Source of the DNA: Octopus bimaculoides
Lineage: Eukaryota
NCBI RefSeq assembly: GCF_001194135.2
Contig: NC_068984.1
Span: 30,872,678 to 30,936,677 of the forward strand
Direction: 5' to 3'
DNA length: 64,000 nucleotides
Position numbers and translations under genes: made by a program. The notes beneath the pieces were generated by a model. The model did not search any database, had not been told where the DNA came from, and worked only from the letters and a program-made list of their open reading frames with translations. Positions 51,481-64,000 of this stretch are shown here, piece after piece; the first letter of the stretch is position 1; each line of letters starts with the position of its first letter.

Positions 51481-52606
51481 TGAATCTGAAGGGAAAGGCC
51501 AGTATTAGAAATGCAGCCCTTTCTAGGTTAAGGGTATGTGTTTACCAACAGAAGCCCTAATAAATTTTTAATAATATCAACAATTCAAATAATGGATTCA
51601 CCACATAACACATTGTAATATTAAACAATTGATAACATAGTCACTCTACAACAGCAAACAATTACCCTTATCAAACATTTTTTCCCCAAATCCTAAGCCA
51701 GAATATACAGAAGGAAAACAGGATTATAAAATGTAAAATATGTACCTGCCATCTTGCTTTTGACATTGATTTCTTCCTTCCACCTGACATCAATCAATTG
51801 GACAGCAATAATAGCAGGAAAGTTTCATTGAAATAGCAATACTGACACTCTCTATCTAATACAGGAAAAAGAGAGAAGAGACTTAAGTCTAGTAGCCATT
51901 ATGAGCTGTATGATATCCTTAAAGTAACAGCTACCAAACAACAGCATCAAAAATTAATACATCATGTGTTTAAGAGCAGAGGAAGCAACATTTGTGAGTT
52001 GAAAGTGAAGACCCCAAGAAGCACTCATGCTCTGATGATATTTAATGCAACCTCAGATCTATTGAATAAATCCACCTTAAACCTATAATGCTTAAATTAT
52101 CAATACACAGAAAAAATTATTGGTGTTCAGAAATTGTTGCAGTAACTGCTACATATTATAATTACTAGCAAACAATAATATTTTGTTCAAACAAAACAAG
52201 TCTTTAGATCTAGTCCAAGCTTCTAATTTTGTCATTTTCTTCCCATAAGAATACAGTATTTGAAGTAACAATAATTATTAACAAAAGGTTTTATAAAATT
52301 AACCAAGACATTGAATAATAAAAGATATACATCGGTATTTTACTCATAAACATGCCTGCATTAATACTGAGTGTAGAATCTCTTGGATTTGTATTTTCTA
52401 TATTACACAACGTTTTGAAGGTTCAACTCTTGTAGTTTTGAAGCATGAAAGAAACCTAAAAAAACTGCTGTTGAAATAAAGAGAATAGGGAAAAATTGAC
52501 ATTAAGAAAATAGCACCAAAAATGTCAATTATTTCAGATTTCAAGAGAAAATACTTCACTTAATCAGAATGTTATCATATTCTTATGTTTATTATATTTT
52601 GCTGAA

Positions 52607-53463
52607 TTGAGTTGTCCGGAAAGTACATGCTGATTTTTAGTTGTTCATGTTCCAACACATTAGAACAAGCCAAATTTATCAACATGTATAAAATGCTTAC
52701 ATTTCCGGTTAGTACCCACTTTAACCTATCTCTTGAGAAAGACAGTTTGAAGTTACTTAATTCGTGTAAATTTGGCACCCCCATGAAAATGGAAGATTAT
52801 AAGGTGCATTTTAGACACTTGATGCTTTTTTATTACCGTAAAGGCAAAAATGCCTCTCAAACAATAAAAACAGATATGTGCTGTGTACAGTGAAGGTGCT
52901 TTAGCTGACAGAACTGTATAGAAGTGGTTCAATAAGTTTAGAGTTGGTGATTGTAGCCTTATTGATGAAGAACGTCCAGGCAGACCCCCACCCACTTCAG
53001 ATGATGACAAAATCAAGACATTGAGACATACTGTTCACAACTGGATGATTTAAAGGCAGCAATTCAAGAAAAAACCCCAGAATTTTGCAAACAGGAAAAG
53101 TGTTGTTTTCCATTGGGATTATGCCAGACCTCATATTTCTTTGGAAAGCCATCAAAAATTGTCGCAGCTTGGCCAGGATATGTTACCTCCCCTGCCATAT
53201 TCACCAGACATTGCTCCTTTGGATTTTTATTTATTCAGCTCCTTTCAAAATAATCTCAATGGTAAAAATTTTAATTCTTTGGAGAACATAAAAAAACCAC
53301 CTTAATGAGTTCTTTGCCAAGAAACCACCAAAATTCTGGGAAGATGGAATCTTTAAGTTGAAGGAAAGATGGAGAAAGGTTGTGCAACAATATTTAATGA
53401 CATAATTTTGTTTTGTCTATTAAGTTCCCTTAAAAATCAGGATGAAGTTTGTGAACAACCCAA
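52607..53463 (+). mobile_element. Internally deleted mariner (DD34D) element
   Basis: Imperfect TIRs ttgagttgtccggaaagtacatgctgattttt / aaaaatcaggatgaagtttgtgaacaacccaa followed by TA. N-terminal HFRHLMLFYYRKGKNASQ..KWFNKF..LIDEERPGRP is fused at ~53020 to DYARPH-(34 aa)-YSPDIAPLD..WEDGIFKLKERWRKVVQQ. Confidence 0.9.
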
Positions 53464-54999
53464 TACAATAGTATCTGAAAGAGTGTTCTAGACAGTAGAA
53501 CTTTTGTGCAATCCACTGGCTTGTCAGCTCCTGTCAAACCATCCAACCCATGCCAGTATGTGCCAGTCACTTATGTGAAAAAAATTTCCATTGCTTAGCA
53601 TTCACTACAATAGCATCGAAACTTAAGGTTTCTTTGCTCTTGCTATAAATTTCAATTTTTATCTATAATCAAACTTTTATGCCCTTGTTTATGTTTACTC
53701 AAATGCTTAAACCCTTTCAGCAACAAGCGATCCGTAATCATTCTTATTAAAATGTTCAGATTTAAATTAAACCTTGGTAAAAAATATACTTCTAACATGA
53801 AGGATGTTGTGAGATTTCAGTTGCTTATGATATCATTTAAGATCGTATTTAAATTGAAGCAAGAATTATTGTGATTTTCATTATTTTAAACTTGGATGCT
53901 TGTTTTGGAATAAACTCACATTTAATTGTGTTTAAGTAACATCCCATATTGAGGTGCAAGTATTGCTCATTTGATTTATGTTATTCTAAAGGTTTTGCTT
54001 TTACTGTTTATTCATGTTTGTTTTAAGTTATAAAATTCCTAATTTTACTTGTCTGTTTTAAAAGTAAATGCTAAGCAGTGGAAATGTCTTCCAAAAGCAT
54101 CTAAGCATTGGGCCAGGTAAAACAACTTGAGAGGTGCAGAAGAACTAAAGGGTGATCATTCAGTAGTTGGTTAACATTTGCACCACATTAAATAATCAAA
54201 AAGGCAGCTTGATAAATGTGTAGTGCACAAATTGAATGAAATATAAAAACCTATGCCATTATAAAGTCTGTGTGCCTTTGCAGGTTCAATAAAACTTATC
54301 CATTTCTTAACTATGTAGCAACATGATAAAATAAGTTTTTATTACAGCTGTCAATATTTTATGCAATTGCTGACCTGAGGTAAAGCATCAAAATGCTTTT
54401 CCCTAAATGAAGCTGCATTAAAAAAAAAAATACTAAATATGACCACACTTTGGTCATTGGCAAGTAAGTTCCTTGACTTCTATTTCCTGAATCACATCAC
54501 AGCTGAGAAGTATTGCCAGAAATCATCCAATGCATCAAAAAGCTGCCACATTTACATTCAGAAAGCATCTTTGATAATGCTTGACCTTAAATGTCACAAA
54601 TGCCTTTGCAAAATGATATTTGACAAAGTGGCATACACAACCTTATCTAACCAGCTATCTCCTTAAACATTTATTCAACTGACCACCATTTTCTTAAGCA
54701 TCTAAATGATTCCTACAGAATGCCTTCAACAACCAAGCCAACAGTTCAAAATACCTTTAAAGGAATCCTTGGCTCCATGACTTCAAAATTCTATATTTTT
54801 CCAAATCATTGTAGCCAATGTTATGTTAAACAACACAGTGTCAAAAATCTCTGTACATAATTAGCTCTGGTGGATTCCACTGCATGTCTCTACCAATAGC
54901 ATCAATGTAGTTGAATGCATTTCATTTTCTTTTAGGATTCAAATCCCCTGATATTTTTTGATTGCCTATTAAATCTCCCCTTTGGTCTGGTGATCATAA

Positions 55000-55420
55000 C
55001 CTGAGATGTTTTGAGCCCTCATGACAAGCTTGGTATATATACCATCAAGATGAAGTTCTTCATTGGTCCTTCTTCGTTGTTCAAATTTCAGCCCCACAGA
55101 GAGGAATGCTCTCTATACATTGTTAACTTCTGAATATTTGATTGTCAAATGTTTTAAAACTTATTATAGGAACTCTTGACTTATCCATTGCATGTAAGAA
55201 AATCTTTTGTATTGTCAGTAATGCAGGATCCAATGTACTCAAAGTTACTGACTTCCTTGAGATTTGTGCCATCAGTGGAACACATTAGTAGGTGGTTATT
55301 GATGGCCATGTGTTCAGACTGCTTTACTTTGATGAGTAGTATGACTTTAGCTGCTGCATTCTCAATAGATATCTTATGCATTCCTCACATCTATTAATTT
55401 TAATAGACTTATTTCTTGCT
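55000..55420 (-). mobile_element. Decayed RTE-like RT remnant
   Basis: DGTNLKEVSNFEYIGSCITDNTKDF resembles the RTE LE.V.DFKYLGS motif; multiple stops downstream. Confidence 0.55.
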
Positions 55421-57083
55421 ACATTCTTCTGATTATTATTTAGTTTGGCAGAATTTTTAAAGTATTGGATGATAAGCCTTGCAGTGTTTCCATATCTTTA
55501 CCTTTTGGGTTTGGATTGCATGATGGCTGTCTTTGCATTTCATCCTTCAGGATAGATAAAATAAAGTACCTGTCAAGTAATAAGTAGAATTTAATTGATT
55601 ATCTTCTTCCCCGATATTTATAGATTTGTGGCTGAGTTAGAAATGTTTATTTTGATTAGCAAACTTTATTCAAGGATATAGTGATTTAGAATCAATAATT
55701 AAAAACTGAAAGTATTTTTATACTATCTATATATTTTACAAAACCCATAAAAGTCCTGTTGAAAATATAAACATAAGCCTTCTACTCAAGAAATTAATCA
55801 TAAAATGGCAAAGCAATCACCATCCTCATCATCGTCATTCAGTATCAATTTTCCATGCTGGCATAGGTTAGACCAACTGGAGCCTATCAGCAAAGAAAAA
55901 AAATGTCATCTAAAATACATTTCCCAAATTCATTTTATAAGAGAAATCGAGAAAGCTTTTTTCTAAAGTTTATCATTTGTTGCTGTTCAAATAATAATAG
56001 CGATACTTTGTTTCTTAGAAATTGATAAATTTCTATAGAATTAAAAGAATTAAAGATAAATATGAACAAACTTTTGCTTCTTGCAAAAATGAGGACTCTG
56101 AGTTGCACTGCAATAAATTATCAACTTCTTCCAAATATATACACTTCATTTATTGTATACTCTTCTCATTATTATTGACAAACTTATGGTCTAGTTTGTT
56201 AAATTAATAAGTTGCATACATTAATATGTTAAACTGTGAAGAAACTACAGACCAGTATTAGGTGGTAAAATTAGTTACAGTGAACTATTGTTTAAACTAA
56301 TATTTATTTGATTTTAATTACAAAGCAATGAAATACTTTAAATGTTCACAGAAATACAGGACCAGCAATAAAATGATAGCAATTATCTTTGATGGTTTCA
56401 GTTAGGAAAATCATGATTATACAGTTTAGAAAGAACACATCAAATCATAATTACTCCCAATGAATAGTTGAACACACCTAAGATGAATGTTATTTCTCTT
56501 CAATATTTCTTTATATAAATGAAGTAAAATATGTTTGAACAAAATTCTTTATTAAAACTCCATTTCCTTCAAAATGCTTTACATTTTATATTGGCCAGGA
56601 GCATAAAGATAATTTTTTGTTAAGTCAAACTTGTTTCAAAGGAGTTCAGTTTTAATTTTAACAAATAATTCTTTCACTTGCCCTCTCCAACGACATAAAT
56701 ATAGCTAAACTGTTTGATGAAGAAGCCAATGTGGCAATGGCTCACTAGTTCAGCCCTGCAAAAGTTAACTAGAATTAAAAGCATTGTTTGCATATCTAAA
56801 TTGAAGAATTTTAGAAGTATCTGGATTCTTGAACCAAATAGCTTGACAATAGTAATGCATCGTCGAAAAAGAATTGTGAATTCAATATTTATTCTGTATT
56901 TATCATTTGATTGAACTATGAGTACCCATGAATCTATTTGAGTTAAAAGAAAATTCTGTTTTGAAAACAAATCAAAAATAGTTGGATTGGTTTGAAAACT
57001 AAATATTGATGATTGGACAATTGAACACACTGTGTTGCCATTATATACAAGACAATCTATCTTGAGTATGACAATATGAGCTT

Positions 57084-59095
57084 TAGAGTGGCCCTTAGCA
57101 ATAGGTAATTTTTCAAAAGTTACAACTTTGCTGCTCCCTCCTACTAATCCTGTTCCAATAAACAAAACAACAGGGTGTGCAAAATCTCAGCTTAATCAAA
57201 CAACTGCTAGGTGACCCTCAACTGCCTTGAAGTTGGAACATAGTATACACAACAATTAATTCTGTTCAAAAGCAATATACTGTTCCCTTTCTTGACCGTT
57301 TTCATTTTTCTTCTTAGAGAAATTTATGTGGACACATCCAGGCAATCTCAACAGATGTTTAAAAACGTTTTGAATTAAATTTACCAATAGCTAATTTGAA
57401 AACTTCCTGAAATAAGATGAAAAACTTAGGAAATATTAGGTTTTCTTAAGAAAGCACACAACTTCTATAAGAGAAACACATTTTTATTAACAACGATAAT
57501 TTATATAGAACCAAAAACATAATGTGGACACTGAACACTGAATATTGAACTTTATTTTTGCATAAGAGAGGATTTAGTGGTAGTTGGGCATGTTTTACGG
57601 TTTTCGGTATTGATCTGTAAAACAAATTGTTTCTCAGTTTGATCTTTTGTGAGAATGTTATTGTAATCCTGAATGAGTTTGATACCTCTTACTGCAACAT
57701 TATTCACAACAACTGTCTTCTCAAGTCCCCTTTTGTAACCACGATCGTCCTTCCATAACAGAAACCAGACTCAAACATACCTTTGAGCAAGAAAAATACA
57801 TATTCTACTTAAAGAGTTCTTCTTCCCAAGAGATAACTGAAATTGATCTTGAAACAGGTATATTTTGAATGCGTGAATTGCTTTTGATACTCACCTAGCA
57901 TGACTTACAGCTCCTGGTGTATGTAACGATATCCTGTTCTTCCGAATGCTGCCAAGAAAGATTATTATTAAGTCCAACAATTCTCGGTAATCCTTTTGCT
58001 GTTGTTTCTGCATAGAAAGGTGGTATTCAAGAAATCCAAGAATGGTAGAACAGACATCATCAGGCACTTCATTGCTACTAGTTATGTAAACCCTCTTGTT
58101 GAGTTTCGTCCAGGTTTCTCTCAATCTTTTGAAAAACGCCATGTCTGGACCAGAAGTTGAACTCATCAGTGAGTCAAAACAGCCCCTAAAAACTAACTAA
58201 AAAATGTGATGATGCCAAAAGAAGAACAACAGGCTGTGATTGAACAACTTTTCAAGATTTGTACTGGCACCATTCACTCAACTTGTGTTGCTTGCTGTCG
58301 TATCACAGCAAAGTTCCTGAATTGTGTTGGTTATACTCCACTTCTCAACTGCTTCATAAACAGCCATGGCTTGCTATCCTCCTGAAGATGCTGGAATTTC
58401 AGGGACTCCCAACAATAGCTCCTTGACTCGAAATGTTACTATTATTGCCAGTCTATCAACCTTTTCAATGCCTGTGAGTGCTGGGAGCAGCTTTCCATCC
58501 CAGTGCAGCACTAATTCTTGACAATCATTTAGGCTAAATTTGTACTGTATTTCTAGGTGTCTCGCTTCTCTAAATTTTGGTGTAAGGCATTTATAACGAG
58601 TATGCAAAGCACATAACATTAGAAACATAGTATTACAGGGCTACCAACACAACAGGGGAAGATCTTTATCATAATGCAGACAAGTCATATTAGTTCGCTG
58701 TTTATCACTAATGTATATTTCTTAATATTTTATTTCTCAACCTTACTATTAGGTGCAGTACAATTCTTTCAATGGTGTTTACTCTATACCTCCACTCTAT
58801 CCCCAGCTTTGCAAGTTGCCTTCCCCATTATATTTATTGTCACTTATCCTTCTATTACCAAGAATAAATGTGAACAAGTTTTTAATTTAAGAGAGAATTA
58901 TATATGAGATAAAAATTTTTATCGGAAAAAATGACTTTCCGGATGAAAACTTCAAAATTTCATGGTTAATGAGGGTCGCGTTGCAGTTGTTTGATTGAGC
59001 TAAAATTTTGCATAGATTGTTTTTTTTTTGTTAATTGGAACAAGATAGGGGTGGGGAGCTAAAATTTAGAAAGTTGAAAAATAAGGGCCACTCTA
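57084..59095 (-). mobile_element. hAT-superfamily DNA transposon (hATm-like) with decayed transposase
   Basis: ~140-bp imperfect TIRs starting tagagtggccctta; flanks atgagctt (57076-57083) and ataagctt (59096-59103) form a 7/8-identical 8-bp TSD. Transposase blocks: LVLHWDGKLL..VDRLAIIV..LLGVP, CDTTASNT, GPDMAFFKR, DYRELLDLIIIFLG, PGAVSHAR. The hATm label is recalled, not verified. Confidence 0.88.
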
Positions 59096-61494
59096 ATAAG
59101 CTTGCATAAGGGACACTGGATACTTTAAATATTGTCAGTTTTAAGTGATGCATTGTTTTCTTAAAACAAAAAGGCAATCTATCTCAAGCAAGATAACCAG
59201 TGCTTGTATAAGAAGGTTTTAATGTTTGATATTGGTAATGAGAAAAACGAAAATGAGTGTTTAAAAGATTGTTGTTATCTTTACATTTGCTTTAGATAAG
59301 AATTTGTTTACTCCTTAATAGAATACTGAAATTAGTAATGATAAGATCACAAAAATGATCAGATTGATTTTATCTATTTTAATCATTTGCACTAAACTAA
59401 CTTCTTAATAAAGGAAACTATCTTTCAAGGTTATGCTGAAAGGAAAGAAGCTATATAAGAATTGATTACTATGTTCTAAATACAAAAATGCTGTGAATCT
59501 CTGCTATACTGCTAGAGAACTAGCAATTCAATTGTACAAGACTAACTAGTAGTGGTATCACCTATTATACCCCCTCAGATGGTGTCATAGGAAGAACCAA
59601 GGTGATATAATTAGTACTGGAAATAGTTGTGAATAAGCTAACAGAAAAATAACTGATATAAAAATTTCATTGACATTTTACTTCTGTTGACTGCAAAAGG
59701 TTGATTTTTCCATACAAAATGCAGAAGAAGGAATCATTTGTAAAATGTGAGAACACTGAGGTAGAAAAGTGACATGCTCTAAGATTGAATACTTGTAATG
59801 ATTAAAGGTAAATGGTTTGAATAGTATTTGACTGTTGGATATACGACTTGGCTGTGAATTTGAGTAAAGTATCATTTGATGTATACAGAGTTACTGACAT
59901 GAGCGTGTGAATTTAAATAGCAGTAGCTGGAATAAAATGATGTTTAATATCTTAGTTGTGGAAAGGTATATATTGCTGAGGAAGAGTGCATACAAAATGA
60001 GAGGTTATTCAAAGGATATTGCACTTCACAAATGGAATGACACAAGATTAAGTGGAAAGACAACATGCTATAAAGAAATATGAAACACCGATGAGTTTTG
60101 TATAGGTTGAAGTAAGAGTGGTTCCAGTATATTCATATTGCAAGAATTTGTGTTTTGCTTCAAGCCTGCACTTTCTTTCCTTTTGCTAATATTTTCCTGC
60201 TAAACAACTGATTTTTACTTTTCAGAGTCATACACCCCTTCCAATAAATATGATGTGAAGGTAGAAATAGTGTCAGATTTGGTGATGGCTATAATCAATG
60301 TGATGGGAATAATCATAACAATGGACTTAGTAGTAAAACTGGAATTTGCAAGTGAGTTGACATTAGGGAAAAGATGAACATTTAGATGATGATATAATAA
60401 AGATAGCAGCAGAAGAAATTCACAATGATGGTAGCAAGGGTGGGAGTGATGCAAATAAGAGCAAAGACAATATTGACAGTTATGATAATTGTGGTACTGG
60501 AGGCAGTTGTAACTGAAATGGTGATGTTGATGTTGATGATAATAATGATGATGATGGAGATAATTATAGTAATGATAATGTGATTGAGTTGATGATAATA
60601 AAATGATGAAGAGGGATGTTGGTGGTGATAATGATTTCAAACCTGTAATCATCTAATGCTGTTATTTCTCATATCTGTGAATAGAATAACACCTCCCTAT
60701 TATTGCCATCATGATTAGACCACCATCGTCACCTCTTACCTTATGGAAAAAGCAGCCACGTATATAATATTTCCCATCAAAATAATGAAAGGCATTTAAT
60801 AAAAGGCATAGTTGATCAGTGAGAACTCTTACTCCTTTTATCTACCTTTGTACAGAATGCTACCTTGCAGAATCAAGAATTCTTTATTAGAATATCTGTA
60901 AAGTTAAACAATATATATCGTGAAGCAAAAGTAGTAAAATATGTGAATGATTTAAAAAGCTGTAAATCTTCGTATGATGCCATAAAGAGTGAAAGGAAGT
61001 GTGAAATAGAGAAAAAAGGACAATCTTTCAGCTTTTGCTACAACCTGATTGGCTAGAGCTGAGACAGTGTCATCTTACTTGAATGTTACAAATTAGTTTA
61101 GAGTTTTAAAGAAATCTCAGGCCATGATGTATTGTTCAATTTAACACTCTTTTAATGCTTTTGTAACCATAAATCTTATGAAATAAACTGCCTACTCATT
61201 TCAGTATCGAAAAATCAAGAATTTAGAAGGATCTAGAAAAATAATCAATGAAGTAATTAGAGTATAACTTAACAAAACATTCTAATATGAAATTAAAACT
61301 GAAAGTCTTAACTTGAAAATGAACATTATAAGGTTAGTAGTTTTGTATCATGGAACAGAAAGTGATCAGAGACAAATTGCTATCAAAATGGTTAAGCCCA
61401 CTTATAATATTTAGCCTTCGTTGGAGGCTAGAAATCAAAAAGCCATTAAATGAAACTATTGATGCCAACTAAATGATGTTTGTCATTTTACTCT

Positions 61495-61735
61495 TCTTTA
61501 TATGTCATCAACACTCATAGCCCATGTTTCACTGCCATGTAGCATCACAGTTTGCACACATGCATCATACAGTCTACCTTTTCCTCTAAGTGAGAGGCCC
61601 TTTGTCACTAGCAGAGGTAGGAGCTCTCTGAACTTTGCCCAGGCTATTCTTATTCTAGTGGCAACACTCTCAGAGCATCCACCCCCACTACAGACTTGGT
61701 CACCTAGGTAGTGGAAACTATCAACTATCAATTAC
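61495..61735 (-). mobile_element. RTE-clade reverse transcriptase fragment
   Basis: VDSFHYLGDQVCSGGGCSESVATRIRIAWAKFRELLPLLVTKGLSLRGKGRLYDACVQTVMLHGSETW is a canonical RTE thumb-region signature. Confidence 0.85.
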
Positions 61736-62992
61736 TTCTGTGTGTCTGGATATGTATAACTACTAGTACTTGTATACTAGGTGGATTAAAATACATCTAA
61801 CATTTACACTGCATGTATATCCCATCATTCCCACATGAGCCAGGATAATCCCCATTGTAACTATTATTAACTGCATATGGTGACAAAGTTACAATTTTTA
61901 CAGCTTAACAACCTGATGTAATTATAATACAACATGTGGTTATCTACATTCCCTAAGTTATACCTTTGTAATAACATGAATACTGTCTGCCTATATCCAG
62001 AATTGATAATAATCTCAACCTTACTTTTAGTGTCTATGAATGGTTTACGCACTAGTTTTGCAATACACAGTTACTCCACTTCAACAATAGTCTACAAACC
62101 TAAATATACTTTTAGCATCTGTTTACCATTTAATTACTTTTCAACTACCTGCTTCTCCTTCCACGACTCTCATGCAGATAATTACTTGTTGATTGGATGT
62201 GTATCTCTGATACAACTAAATAAAACGCTACTCACATATCCCGTAAGTATTTCCCATAGCCTACCCATTAGTAAGGAAAGGACTCACTTGAATATTCATG
62301 CCTTAAATGTTCTTATATTTATATGTATTCTTATAATTATTTCTATTCTTATTTTATTTTATTCTTTTGTTTTACTGGTCTTGTAATTTATTGATAGTCC
62401 TAACAGACCTGAACAGTGCCATTGTTTTTAAATGTTAACTGACCAATTAGGTTGTAGGATTGACTTTGACCTCCCCCTACTATGCATAGGGATATTGGGA
62501 TTAGGTTTCGGTCAATAAGTAGTATATATTAACATTGCACTAATGTTCTACCCAGATTTCCTTTCATTAATGTACTTATATATTAACTTTCCCCTAACAG
62601 GTTCAATTTAAGTTACCTCTGCCAACTCCCTGCAAAATGCTATATCTATTAAATAGCAGTTAGCCTCTAACTTCTGACCCCTGTAACATGGACCATACCA
62701 TTAAAACCACCACATAACATACTACCTTCACTATTTCCCTCAGTATTATGGAAACACGATGTAACCCACAGCCTATGGATATATCTCCTGAGAGTGACTT
62801 TATTTACTTACCACAGGATGGAAGACCATGGATTATAATAACACCTTAAAATGAAGTTCTTACTTTTCCTTACCATCTCTATTACATTATATTATTTTTT
62901 TGTTTTTACCTATTTTATTCTATTTTATCTTATTTTACCCTACTCTATTATTCTAACTGAATTTCCCACATGTTAGTTTCCTAACATTTGTA

Positions 62993-63124
62993 CTCTCTGA
63001 AGAAGCCTTGAGTTTCAACCATTATCCAGTCTCTTCCAATGTTTGTTCATCCCTGTACATCACCTTATGTGATGAGGATGACTTGAAAGAATCTGAGGCC
63101 TCATGGTAGAAACGGCTGTAAGGG
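62993..63124 (+). ncRNA. Hammerhead-ribozyme-like motif with a long structured stem II
   Basis: ctct-CTGAAGA-agcc...(~97 nt)...ggta-GAAA-c-ggct-g-TA-aggg. Stem I ctct/aggg; stem II gcc/ggt; the insert folds as nested helices. Confidence 0.45.
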
Positions 63125-64000
63125 ATTTGTATCTGTACACCCATCTATTATTATTCATTAATTTCTATATATGTATATATATATCTGCTTACATATTAAT
63201 TGACTGATTTCACTCTTTTACTTGTACCACTTAAACACATGCTTGTTATAATTTAATAAACACATATAATGGAATGTTTACTGGCTGATGTTTGTTGATA
63301 GGAAAGCAGACATTAAAGAATGATGATGACAAAAATAATGATGATGTGTGTTCCTCTCTAACTTACATACTGTACATCTCTGGCTTGTCTTTCACTTTTT
63401 CATCTTTCTTTCACACCTGGACTATTCATTGTTCTTTCACTTAGAATTTGCACCTTGTACTTAGCTGAACTTTGTCTCACATTTAGCTGTTCCTCATTCA
63501 CAGACTAGATCTTTGAATTGCTCAGTGGTTAAGGTACAAGCATGAGAATAGGTCCATTTACACCAGCTGTATGTTGGCTATATTGAGGTCTAAATTCATT
63601 CTCAATGTACTGATGTAATCCTGGTCCATAAATATACAATCAATAAATTCAATGCCACTTAAGTCTACCCTTAAAAAACTAAATTCTTACATCTTGTTCA
63701 TCAGCACCTTTCACCATTCTTTCAATTGTACCTTCTCCCTCTCTGTTAGCTACTCCATTTCCTTAACATTATGGTCTCTATCAATCATCCCACTGTCACT
63801 CTCTCTATTTCTGTTTTCTTCAAACCCATCAAGTCCCACACTTACCTCAAATTTCTTTTTTCTTCACAATCCATACCAAGCATGCTTTCCCTTATTTCCA
63901 GTTCTTCCATCTTCACTACCTCTTTAGTTGTAGTCAAAACTTTTGAGACTAAGGCTCAGTACGTAGCTGGTCTATATATTCTATGGGGTTACTCATCTAC

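Noticed and set aside
56674-57165. 163-aa minus-strand ORF
   Set aside because: It starts inside the hAT TIR, has no recognisable motif, and looks like a chance or antisense frame in AT-rich sequence.

Overview
AT-rich, microsatellite-dense eukaryotic DNA with several N gaps. The repeat repertoire looks cephalopod, most likely an Octopus scaffold (inference from recalled repeat families). I cannot identify a host protein-coding gene, only short exon-like segments. Most interpretable sequence is decayed transposons: R4/Dong-clade RLE-type LINEs clustered in (TAA)n microsatellites (one with a clear twin-priming 5' inversion), two Penelope-like GIY-YIG elements, many 5'-truncated RTE LINE ends with a hairpin-array 3' UTR and (GAT)n tail, tRNA/CORE-type SINEs, DD34D and probable DD41D Tc1/mariner derivatives, and a 2-kb hAT element with long TIRs and an 8-bp TSD. 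Features not explained by the ORF track are two hammerhead-ribozyme-like motifs (39.5 kb, 63.0 kb), a disrupted F-BAR-like coding remnant (12.3-12.9 kb) and a nested fold-back inverted repeat (15.7-16.5 kb). Most ORFs in the supplied track are simple-repeat or antisense artefacts. Family assignments rest on recalled motifs, not database searches.
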